DNA of 38,180 nt. Origin: a virus. The stretch's first letter is position 1, and each line of letters opens with the position of its first letter. A program made the position numbers and the translations under genes. The notes beneath the pieces were generated by a model. The model was not told where the DNA came from. It made no database searches and was given only the letters and a program-made list of their open reading frames with translations. This document shows positions 24,459 through 31,659 of the stretch, piece after piece. The DNA lies in IMG/VR virus record IMGVR_UViG_3300034170_000034, positions 1 through 38,180 of that record. One strand, given 5' to 3'.

Positions 24459-24749
24459 ATGAGTGAAGTGAAGCGGTATGTGCATAAGCCTGAAAAGATG
24501 CAGAAGGTAAGCAGGTTCTATGGCCCAAACAGTGAACGCCAATACACCCTGGCCAAAGACTTCGACCGGGTAACCGCCGAGCGTGACGCCCTACAGGTGC
24601 TACTGACCGCAGCGGATGAGCGGGCGGATGTGCTGGAGGGGTTGTTGCGCCGAGCAGGCGTTTTGATCCATGACTTTCAGGGTCCGATTTCTTTGCGCCT
24701 TGATATCGACGCCGCACTAAATCCGGCAGAGGTAATCAGCCATGGTTAG
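24459..24749 (+). CDS. Hypothetical protein, 96 aa
   Basis: GGAGG SD. Confidence 0.55.
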   Translation: MSEVKRYVHKPEKMQKVSRFYGPNSERQYTLAKDFDRVTAERDALQVLLTAADERADVLEGLLRRAGVLIHDFQGPISLRLDIDAALNPAEVISHG

Positions 24750-24852
24750 TTGGATCATTGAACAGCTCGCAGGCTTCTGGTGGACGTGCATCACAATCCT
24801 TTTCGTATGCACATGGCTGGACATCCCAATCCACGTGAACCTAACGCCATGA
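24742..24852 (+). CDS. Small hydrophobic protein, 36 aa (below the ORF-track cutoff)
   Basis: 8-nt overlap with the upstream gene. Translates as MVSWIIEQLAGFWWTCITILFVCTWLDIPIHVNLTP. Confidence 0.3.
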   Translation: MVSWIIEQLAGFWWTCITILFVCTWLDIPIHVNLTP

Positions 24853-24916
24853 CCCAACTCCCCGCCTACTGCTGGTGCCTGCTGGCACTGGCACAACTGA
24901 TTTGCTGAGGTGATTT

Positions 24917-25126
24917 ATGAGTCATTGGATAAAGTGCTCTGACCAACTGCCGGAGGTCGGCGTCGAGTGTCTTTTGCGCATACCGGTTTGCGGGCATTGG
25001 AATGTTGAGGGCGGGAAATATATGGGCGATGGTCGCTGGCGTGGCGCGTGGTGCGCCACTCACGGGGAAGGAAAATCCTACAAAGTTTTCCAGTGGGCTG
25101 AAATTCCGCAGGAGCCCAAGCCATGA
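24917..25126 (+). CDS. DUF551-like protein, 69 aa
   Basis: MSHWIKCSDQLPE start, a paralogue-like match to 20006..20248. Confidence 0.6.
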   Translation: MSHWIKCSDQLPEVGVECLLRIPVCGHWNVEGGKYMGDGRWRGAWCATHGEGKSYKVFQWAEIPQEPKP

Positions 25127-25503
25127 CCACCAACCAACCGATTGACGGCGTGCGGCCTCTGCCGTGCCCATTCTGTGGTGATATGCCAGTTAAGAGGCGC
25201 GCTTCAGGTGATGAGAGAGACGGTTATGCAGACCGCGTTTCTTATGTTTGCCAGGGGTGCGGGTGTAGCCGTGGGGCCTGCGGGGATAGCGGCAAAGGTG
25301 GTTATGCCGATAACTCCAAGGTAGAGGAGAAAGCACTATTGAGCTGGAATGCCCGAACAAAGTTGGCCGAGCAGCCCGCGCCGGTAGCGGTGGCGCTGCC
25401 TGAGCGCCGTGAGCCTACCCAGGACAATCCGTACTTGAGCGATGCTGATCACGAGTGGAATGCCTACCGCGACGAGCTGAAACGCCTCAACCCCTCTCTG
25501 TAA
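25123..25503 (+). CDS. Lar-family restriction alleviation protein, 126 aa
   Basis: LPCPFCG zinc-ribbon start, a second CQGCGC pair, and ALLSWNART, as in the Lar family. Confidence 0.6.
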   Translation: MTTNQPIDGVRPLPCPFCGDMPVKRRASGDERDGYADRVSYVCQGCGCSRGACGDSGKGGYADNSKVEEKALLSWNARTKLAEQPAPVAVALPERREPTQDNPYLSDADHEWNAYRDELKRLNPSL

Positions 25504-25548
25504 CCCCTCCCCCTTCAAAGTCAGCCGCTATAGCGGCAAGGAACCCCT

Positions 25549-26043
25549 ATGCTCGATGCAAACATCCACCACTCACTGAACACGCTCACTGCAAGCCAAC
25601 TGGCGAAGCTGCTGGTGATGCATCACGGAATCCACGCTTTCGGATACAAGTACGACAGCCTGCGAGATGCACCGAATGGCCTCGTTACGCTTGAAGATTT
25701 GGCGTCTATGTCCGGTGAGGAGCTGGACCGACTTTACAATGAGAGCTCGCACGATGATGCGGTGAACGAAGTGCGTTACAGCGCAGTGGACGCCCCCGGA
25801 GTTCCGTCTTGGTGCCACTACAGTTGGAAGCGCAACTACGAGGTCGATGTGAAGGCCTTCATCCTGCCCGATGGCCGTGCTCTCGCCTTTTGTGAGATGA
25901 GCGGCGGCGGCAAACACGGCGAGCCAGACGCTTACCCCTGGGTTGAAGAGGCCAAATTAATCAAGGTCTCCGGCGTCGAAGAGCGCGTCATCAAGACTTA
26001 CAAGTTCGAGGATATTCCAGAAGCCCCAGAGGTGACGCCATGA
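25549..26043 (+). CDS. Hypothetical protein, 164 aa
   Basis: Long GC3-biased ORF. Confidence 0.6.
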   Translation: MLDANIHHSLNTLTASQLAKLLVMHHGIHAFGYKYDSLRDAPNGLVTLEDLASMSGEELDRLYNESSHDDAVNEVRYSAVDAPGVPSWCHYSWKRNYEVDVKAFILPDGRALAFCEMSGGGKHGEPDAYPWVEEAKLIKVSGVEERVIKTYKFEDIPEAPEVTP

Positions 26044-26092
26044 TCGCCACCCTCTGGTTCGCTTACGTCTTCATCTACAAGGGGTCGAGGCC

Positions 26093-26290
26093 ATGAAGCT
26101 GATCTACTGGATCAACCGCAGGCTTCCATTCTCATGGCTGCCAATCGCTCGCATCAATACCGGAAATGAAACCTGCACCTTGCGCAAAGACGGCTGGGTG
26201 ATCATCTCGGACGGCAAGAGTACCGACGCCCTCCCCATCACATTCTGCGCCCCGGCAATCATCGAAGCATTCAACGCCGAATTCGCCTAA
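26093..26290 (+). CDS. Hypothetical protein, 65 aa
   Basis: ORF in the operon direction. Confidence 0.45.
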   Translation: MKLIYWINRRLPFSWLPIARINTGNETCTLRKDGWVIISDGKSTDALPITFCAPAIIEAFNAEFA

Positions 26291-26334
26291 CCCCAATCCC
26301 CCTACATGCCTGCCGGTGAGCGGCGGGCGGAGCT

Positions 26335-26991
26335 ATGCACATGCCAAACCATATCACCAACAAAGTCGACGCCCCGAAAGAAGTCCTCGCCTCCCTTCTG
26401 AATGCCGAAGGCAAGATCGACTTCAACACCGTCATCCCCTTCCTCGGTAAGTTTGATTGGTCTGGGATCGACGGCCTAGCCGAGACTTGCGCAGAAGCCA
26501 TCACCGGCACGCCACTGAATGATCACCCTCTTATCGCCTCGCTCCAGCGTGACAGCAGGAGCAAAACCAGCATTGCCGGGTGCAGCGATGAGCAATTCGA
26601 ACAGTTCGTGCAGATGCTGCGAAACAAGCGGGCTACCGGACACTTCCACACCTTGGACTTCGCGCGGGATAAGTGGGGCACCAAGTGGAACGCCTATAGC
26701 CAACTGGTTGATTTAGATCAGGGCGTCTTCCAATTTGATACCGCTTGGTCATGCCCGGAGCCGGTGTTCAAGGCTCTCTCCGCCCTTCATCCCGAAGCTG
26801 AAATAACCGTTCGGTTCGCTGATGAAGACATCGGTAGCAACTGCGGAACCCTGGCTTTCAAAGCTGGCGAGATCATCCGATCGGACATCGCGCCCAGCTG
26901 GAATCAGATGACCACGGCAGAGCGGGACAAATGGAAAGCTTTCGCGCTCGATCTGACCGGACGTACCGCTGACGACGAAGACGACGAATAA
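26335..26991 (+). CDS. DUF1281-like (ferredoxin-like fold) protein, 218 aa
   Basis: DKWGTKWNAY, FDTAWSCPEPVFKALS, and an acidic tail. Confidence 0.5.
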   Translation: MHMPNHITNKVDAPKEVLASLLNAEGKIDFNTVIPFLGKFDWSGIDGLAETCAEAITGTPLNDHPLIASLQRDSRSKTSIAGCSDEQFEQFVQMLRNKRATGHFHTLDFARDKWGTKWNAYSQLVDLDQGVFQFDTAWSCPEPVFKALSALHPEAEITVRFADEDIGSNCGTLAFKAGEIIRSDIAPSWNQMTTAERDKWKAFALDLTGRTADDEDDE

Positions 26992-27028
26992 CCACCTTCT
27001 GCCGCCCAGCGCGGCAAGGAGCTTTGTC

Positions 27029-27223
27029 ATGTCTCGCATTGAAGAAATCGAAGGCTGGCACCTGGCTGATGAGTTGATCAAGGCCGGACGCCAGATTGAC
27101 CCGATCCTTGGCGGCGTTGAGCGCGTTATCGAGAACATTGAGCGCACGGCGGCGGAACGGCCGGAGAGCTACCGGGTGGGCATCCAAAAGCGCATCGAGG
27201 TTGAACGCCATGGCCACTGCTGA
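27029..27223 (+). CDS. Hypothetical protein, 64 aa
   Basis: ORF in the operon direction. Confidence 0.5.
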   Translation: MSRIEEIEGWHLADELIKAGRQIDPILGGVERVIENIERTAAERPESYRVGIQKRIEVERHGHC

Positions 27224-27389
27224 GCTGCACGGCAGGAACATCACCCCGTTTGAGCAGGGCTTCCTGGCCTTCATCAAGGGCATCGGCCCCAAAGACAACC
27301 CATTCGACGGGGAAAAATCACCCGTCTCTAACCATCGCTGGGCAGCCGGCTGGAACAAAGCACAGCGTGAAGCTGGGAGGAAGGCATGA
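27210..27389 (+). CDS. Rmf/CrpP-like small protein, 59 aa
   Basis: GFLAFIKGIGPKDNPF...HRWAAGWNKA resembles the Rmf-type G..A..G...NP...W..GW motif. Confidence 0.4.
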   Translation: MATAELHGRNITPFEQGFLAFIKGIGPKDNPFDGEKSPVSNHRWAAGWNKAQREAGRKA

Positions 27390-27538
27390 CCACGCACCGA
27401 ATCCAAGACAATACCGGCCGCTGGCACCGGGTCAGCAAGTCGACATCAACCCGAGGGAGCTACGTCAGCTTCTACCGTGGCGAGCCAAGCCGGCTTTGGA
27501 GGCCGGGTCAATTCAAGGCTGTGGAGGTCTCGCGATGA
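27386..27538 (+). CDS. Hypothetical basic protein, 50 aa (below the ORF-track cutoff)
   Basis: ATGA overlaps at both ends. Confidence 0.4.
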   Translation: MTTHRIQDNTGRWHRVSKSTSTRGSYVSFYRGEPSRLWRPGQFKAVEVSR

Positions 27539-27804
27539 GCACTGAGAAAATGCGACACGATTTCGAACAGTTCATCATCCGGCGCGATGGCTCAATCTGG
27601 GTGACCGTTATGGGCGATCAGCGCTCATACAACGAACCTATTGAGCGCGACTTCTATGTCTGGTGCGAATCTCGCTCAGCCATTGAGATACAGCTGCCTA
27701 AGATTCGCGATTTCTATGGCTCTAGCAGCGAATGCGAAGAGGGCTATGAGGTTTGGGAAGTACAGGAAGCCATCGAATCAATCGGCCTGAAGGTGAAGCC
27801 ATGA
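27535..27804 (+). CDS. Hypothetical protein, 89 aa
   Basis: ATGA overlaps at both ends. Confidence 0.55.
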   Translation: MSTEKMRHDFEQFIIRRDGSIWVTVMGDQRSYNEPIERDFYVWCESRSAIEIQLPKIRDFYGSSSECEEGYEVWEVQEAIESIGLKVKP

Positions 27805-28052
27805 ATATTGAACAGCAAATTATCCACGTCCCGGAACTGGCAAAGCTGCTGGGCCGGTCGGAATCGTCGATTCGCAGCGCACATCAGGCGGGAGCATACT
27901 GGCTGCCGCCATTCTTCAAGCAGGGCAGCCGGATTTGCTGGCGGGTAAGCACGGTGCTGCGGTTCCTGAAGGAGTGCGAGGAAGGGATGCATGCGCCGAA
28001 GCGGCCGGGCCGGAAGCGTCAGACGCCGCCGACGCTCGCCCGTGTTGGTTAA
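27801..28052 (+). CDS. xis: Excisionase / AlpA-type HTH protein, 83 aa
   Basis: IHVPELAKLLGRSESSIRSAHQAG HTH. It is last in the early-left operon and convergent with int, sharing TTAA stops. Confidence 0.7.
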   Translation: MNIEQQIIHVPELAKLLGRSESSIRSAHQAGAYWLPPFFKQGSRICWRVSTVLRFLKECEEGMHAPKRPGRKRQTPPTLARVG

Positions 28053-29026
28053 CCGAGCTTGTCGGCCAAGGTGTCGGGGCACAAGTGTGTGTAGCGGCGG
28101 AGCATCCCCATGGTTTTGTGCCCAGTCACAGAAGCTGCTTCCATGATCGACAGCCCCTTCTCAAACAGCCGCGACGTTCCTTCATGCCGCAGGTCATGGA
28201 AGTGCAGGTCTTTCACCTCGGCGGCCCTGCAGGCACGCAGGAAATATTGGCTGACTGAGTGTGGGGCCAGGGAGAACACCTGGCCATCAATGCGTGCTGG
28301 CAGCGAATCAAGCAGCGCGCGGGCGCGGATCGACAGCGGCACCAGCCGGCGACTGCCGTTCTTGGTGTCCTCCAGCAGCGCATGCTTGCCTTTGATATCG
28401 ACTCGGCGCAGCGTCAGCAGTTCGCCCCGGCGCATTGCCGTCTCGACAGCTATCTCGATGATCACCGGCATTTCCGCATGGATTGCACCTGCAGCTTTGA
28501 TCACTGCCTTCAGCTCGCCGGCACTCGGCCGGCGGTCACGCTCCCGGCTACCCTTCGGCATCCGCAGCTTTGCCACCGGGTTGCTCAGCCCCTCAATCCC
28601 CCAGTCCTTGATCGCCACGGTGTACAAGTGGCTGATCAGTGCCAGCGACAGCCGTATGGTGTTGGTCGATGATCCAGCAGCCAGGCGCGCATCGCGGTAC
28701 TCGGCCAAGTCAGATGACCGCAGTTCGGCCAGCGACTTACCGCCATACCTCCCCTCGGACCACGTCTTGATCCGGGTCAGCTCCTGGCGAGCCCCCTTCT
28801 TCAGCGCAGATACTTCCCGTGCATAGCGCTCAAAGGCCTTCGCGACCGTCGTGGCTTCCGCCTCACGGGTGTCGACGAAGCGCTTGCGCGACATATCCCC
28901 CTCGATTTCAGAAGCCCACCGCTGCGCCTCCGCCTTCGTGTCGAACGAAGCGGAAAGTGCCGGGTATCCCTTTTTGCGGATCTTGGTCCGCCATGTCCCA
29001 TTGGGACGCTGTTCGATAGTCGCCAT
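28049..29026 (-). CDS. int: Tyrosine integrase, 325 aa
   Basis: C-terminal HDLRHEGTSRL...GHKTMGMLRRYTH (H-x-x-R ... Y). Trimmed to the ATG at 29026 (MATIEQRPNGTWR). Confidence 0.9.
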   Translation of the reverse strand: MATIEQRPNGTWRTKIRKKGYPALSASFDTKAEAQRWASEIEGDMSRKRFVDTREAEATTVAKAFERYAREVSALKKGARQELTRIKTWSEGRYGGKSLAELRSSDLAEYRDARLAAGSSTNTIRLSLALISHLYTVAIKDWGIEGLSNPVAKLRMPKGSRERDRRPSAGELKAVIKAAGAIHAEMPVIIEIAVETAMRRGELLTLRRVDIKGKHALLEDTKNGSRRLVPLSIRARALLDSLPARIDGQVFSLAPHSVSQYFLRACRAAEVKDLHFHDLRHEGTSRLFEKGLSIMEAASVTGHKTMGMLRRYTHLCPDTLADKLG

Positions 29027-29050
29027 GCTGCGGATTTTGCCGGTCAGCCC

Positions 29051-29090
29051 TGGGACATGCAAACAGTGTCGCTGTCCCAGAATTGTCCCA
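29051..29090. repeat. Candidate integrase arm-type sites, int-proximal arm
   Basis: TGGGACA (29051-29057), then tandem TGTCCCAgaatTGTCCCA (29073-29090). Confidence 0.55.
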
Positions 29091-29120
29091 ATCGCCCCGC
29101 CGAACAAAATCCGCAGGCAT

Positions 29121-29153
29121 AAAAAAAACCCCGCAAGCTCAATGGCTGCGGGG
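29121..29153 (-). terminator. Strong terminator directly downstream of the tRNA-like fragment
   Basis: Minus strand CCCCGCA-N11-TGCGGGG followed by TTTTTTTT. Confidence 0.75.
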
Positions 29154-29163
29154 CTTTCAAGAG

Positions 29164-29212
29164 TGGAGGCCGAGGTCGGAATCGAACCGGCGTAGGCGGA
29201 TTTGCAATCCGT
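29164..29212 (-). other. attP core candidate: 3' 49 nt of a tRNA-Cys(GCA)-like sequence; not a complete tRNA
   Basis: Minus strand ACGGATTGCAAATCCGCCTACGCCGGTTCGATTCCGACCTCGGCCTCCA. It has an anticodon loop TTGCAAA, a T-loop, discriminator U plus CCA, and close similarity to the 3' half of E. coli tRNA-Cys. No matching 5' acceptor strand lies upstream. Confidence 0.7.
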
Positions 29213-29271
29213 TAGAGGCCCCCTATTTCATTGGGCCTCTACGATCAAGTAACTGTATTCATTAGGCTTTT

Positions 29272-29299
29272 GTAAAACATGCTGTGTATTCATACAGCA
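29272..29299 (-). terminator. Terminator candidate ending the late operon after the tail fibre
   Basis: Minus strand TGCTGT-atgaatac-ACAGCA followed by TGTTTTAC. Confidence 0.5.
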
Positions 29300-29304
29300 G
29301 TATA

Positions 29305-29334
29305 TGGGACATCCAGTGTCCCAGGATTGTCCCA
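29305..29334. repeat. Candidate integrase arm-type sites, tail-fibre-proximal arm
   Basis: TGGGACA (29305-29311), then TGTCCCAggatTGTCCCA (29317-29334). The arrangement matches the other arm. Confidence 0.55.
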
Positions 29335-29390
29335 CCCTCCCCCGGCGTCCTGCCGACCGAACACAATCCACACTCAGCACGGCATGATAA

Positions 29391-31634
29391 TCAAACAGAT
29401 CCTTGCCCAGTGATAGCCCAGGCCGAGCCGCTGTAGGTAGCCTCTGCCCAGGTGCCCGCCAATATATTTGTAAGGCCCCCAACGGATACGCCACCCCCAG
29501 TGGCTGAGGCTAATCGTACAACGCGCACGACATCCCCCGCACGAGGGCTGGACACGAAGTTAACTGCGCGCACAGCGGTCAGGACGGCAGCGTATATAGC
29601 GGTAAACTTAGGGCTACGCACTGAAGTGATGGTGGTGTCTCCCGGATATGAGGTAGGAGCTATGATAGCGCCGTCAACTTTTACTGTGTTACCGCCCTTA
29701 ATAGACAAATCAGCATACCCAGCAGTTAAGTTTAGCAAAGAGACGTCTGACTTATCGACTGCGTTACCGCCAGAGTCAGTAACCACAACCTGATTAGTTG
29801 CCCCTGTAAAGCTAACAGAATGCACTAGGGTGAAATTCTCAGTTGTTCCGAAATCCCCGCCTCCCATGGTGGTGCCACCAATTTGAAGCACGGTGTCAAC
29901 CGTCAAGACTCGGCCAGTAATTCTAGCCCCGCCGTCCTTCGCGGCCAAAATCATCGAAACTATTACCGATGAATTGAAAGCATGTTTTACCAGACTTGCT
30001 TTAGGCAGTGTATTTACCACCTCAATATCAAGGTTTGTCCCGACACTGCGAAGGTTAACGAAGGACTGTTGACAGTTCTCGATGCGCACGCTACCAGTGA
30101 TTCCGGTATAAGCCTTCGGAGTATGCGCAACCGTTGCTGCGGCGCCACCGATAGCGACCCCACGGTAGCAATTTCGGATCGACAAATCGAGGCGTATCCC
30201 GGTAAGTGGTAGCGCGACCTGATCATCCAGAGCAAAATCACAGCCAAAACCCTGCGTGGCGCCGTCGACACTCCCGATCAACCGAACATTTTTGTACGGG
30301 TTCGTATTGCCCGTCCCAGGCTGTACGCTGAATCCTTGACCACCATCAATTGATCCATCTGCCTTGTAGATACCGGGCATATCATGGATATCCAATTCAA
30401 AAACGCAGTCTACTGCGCCGAATACAAGCGATAGTGCATTGCTGCCCGATCCGGACGACCCTGAAAGAGTGGCAGTAACTTTGGGGAATCCTATAACACC
30501 GAAATTTTTAATACCACAGCACTGCATAACATCAGCGCCAAGTGCAGAACTAGTCTTAAAAGTAACGCTTGGGCACGAGTAGATTCGAACGCCCTGGTAG
30601 TCCTTTAGTGCCTGCGCCGCAATACGTGCACCGGACCAGCTCCAGTTGTTTACGCCATAATCATAGATAGCCGGCCATTGCGTTTGATCAGGCCCAGGGC
30701 CATACCAAGCGCTTACTTTGTTCGCGTAGCAATAGGCCTCAATAGCCGCATCCTGAACAATGCATGAAACACCAGCCGCCAACGGCAGGCCATAAAATTC
30801 GGAGCACACTCGACCATCTTCATTAAGGTCACTGAACCAAGTGCCTCCAGTAGCAGCGAACTTCATGCCAGCATCGTCGGCAGATGCGCCAGTGACCCAA
30901 GTCAGGAATCGTCTGCCTTTCTTGTCGCTAGCCAGGTAGTTTTTGAGAAATGCACGGTCACCATTAAAGCGTCCAGGCGTTGCGCGAAGCTCAGCTACGG
31001 TATTGATTTGGAGCGGCTGACGGCCAAGGAGCGCAGACCCAAGGTAGGGGTTAGCGATATTGGACAAGTCCTGAACAGTCCGAACGTCGTTGTATGGACC
31101 CACATAAATGACATTGGCTGCGTTATTAACTGGACCCTGACCTGTTAACAGGACTTCGGCTACAAGGTCTTTAACGTCCTTCCAATTGGTAGCGGCGTTG
31201 TCGACCTCATTCGCAGAGGCCAAATTTATGATCCCGTTGCCCTTGGCCCGGTAGAACCCGTTGCCGTCTACGTCAAAAAAACCGAGAGACAGGGAGCGGG
31301 TGCTGTAGCGCAGTAGCTGTTTGAGTGCCTGCCAGATCCGATCAAAGTCACGGTTGACCGTACTCGAAAGGAAGTCACCATTCTCCTGGTAGTCATTCAG
31401 GCGCTGGAACGGAACGTTGAGTTGTAGCAGCAGGGTGCCGGATGGCGCTGAAGAGAAGGTGATTGTGCTTTGCGGCAGGCCAACGCCGGTCAATGTGAAT
31501 CCGGACGTGACCTCAAGGTCGTTCAGGTAAACCTTGAGGTCGCTGGAAGCAAGCAGAAGGAACGGAATTGTAAAAACGGTTGTGACGCCGTTAGCGGCAT
31601 AGCGCTTCTCGGTTGGACCTTCTGGAACTGCCAT
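29391..31634 (-). CDS. Tail fibre/tailspike with a T7 gp17-like N-terminal adaptor and a probable beta-helix body, 747 aa
   Basis: Trimmed to the ATG at 31634, with AGGGGG 6 nt upstream. The N-terminus YAANGVTTVFTIPFLLLASSDLKVYLND follows the gp17 N-terminal pattern. The body is G/S/T/N/V-rich and repetitive, and the gene has lower GC than its neighbours. Confidence 0.75.
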   Translation of the reverse strand: MAVPEGPTEKRYAANGVTTVFTIPFLLLASSDLKVYLNDLEVTSGFTLTGVGLPQSTITFSSAPSGTLLLQLNVPFQRLNDYQENGDFLSSTVNRDFDRIWQALKQLLRYSTRSLSLGFFDVDGNGFYRAKGNGIINLASANEVDNAATNWKDVKDLVAEVLLTGQGPVNNAANVIYVGPYNDVRTVQDLSNIANPYLGSALLGRQPLQINTVAELRATPGRFNGDRAFLKNYLASDKKGRRFLTWVTGASADDAGMKFAATGGTWFSDLNEDGRVCSEFYGLPLAAGVSCIVQDAAIEAYCYANKVSAWYGPGPDQTQWPAIYDYGVNNWSWSGARIAAQALKDYQGVRIYSCPSVTFKTSSALGADVMQCCGIKNFGVIGFPKVTATLSGSSGSGSNALSLVFGAVDCVFELDIHDMPGIYKADGSIDGGQGFSVQPGTGNTNPYKNVRLIGSVDGATQGFGCDFALDDQVALPLTGIRLDLSIRNCYRGVAIGGAAATVAHTPKAYTGITGSVRIENCQQSFVNLRSVGTNLDIEVVNTLPKASLVKHAFNSSVIVSMILAAKDGGARITGRVLTVDTVLQIGGTTMGGGDFGTTENFTLVHSVSFTGATNQVVVTDSGGNAVDKSDVSLLNLTAGYADLSIKGGNTVKVDGAIIAPTSYPGDTTITSVRSPKFTAIYAAVLTAVRAVNFVSSPRAGDVVRVVRLASATGGGVSVGGLTNILAGTWAEATYSGSAWAITGQGSV

Positions 31635-31659
31635 GGTTTGCCCCCTGGTGGTGGGCGGG

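Noticed and set aside
29164-29260. A complete tRNA-Cys gene
   Set aside because: Only the 3' 49 nt are tRNA-like. The upstream sequence has no D-arm and no 5' acceptor strand complementary to CTCGGCC. It is interpreted as the attP core.
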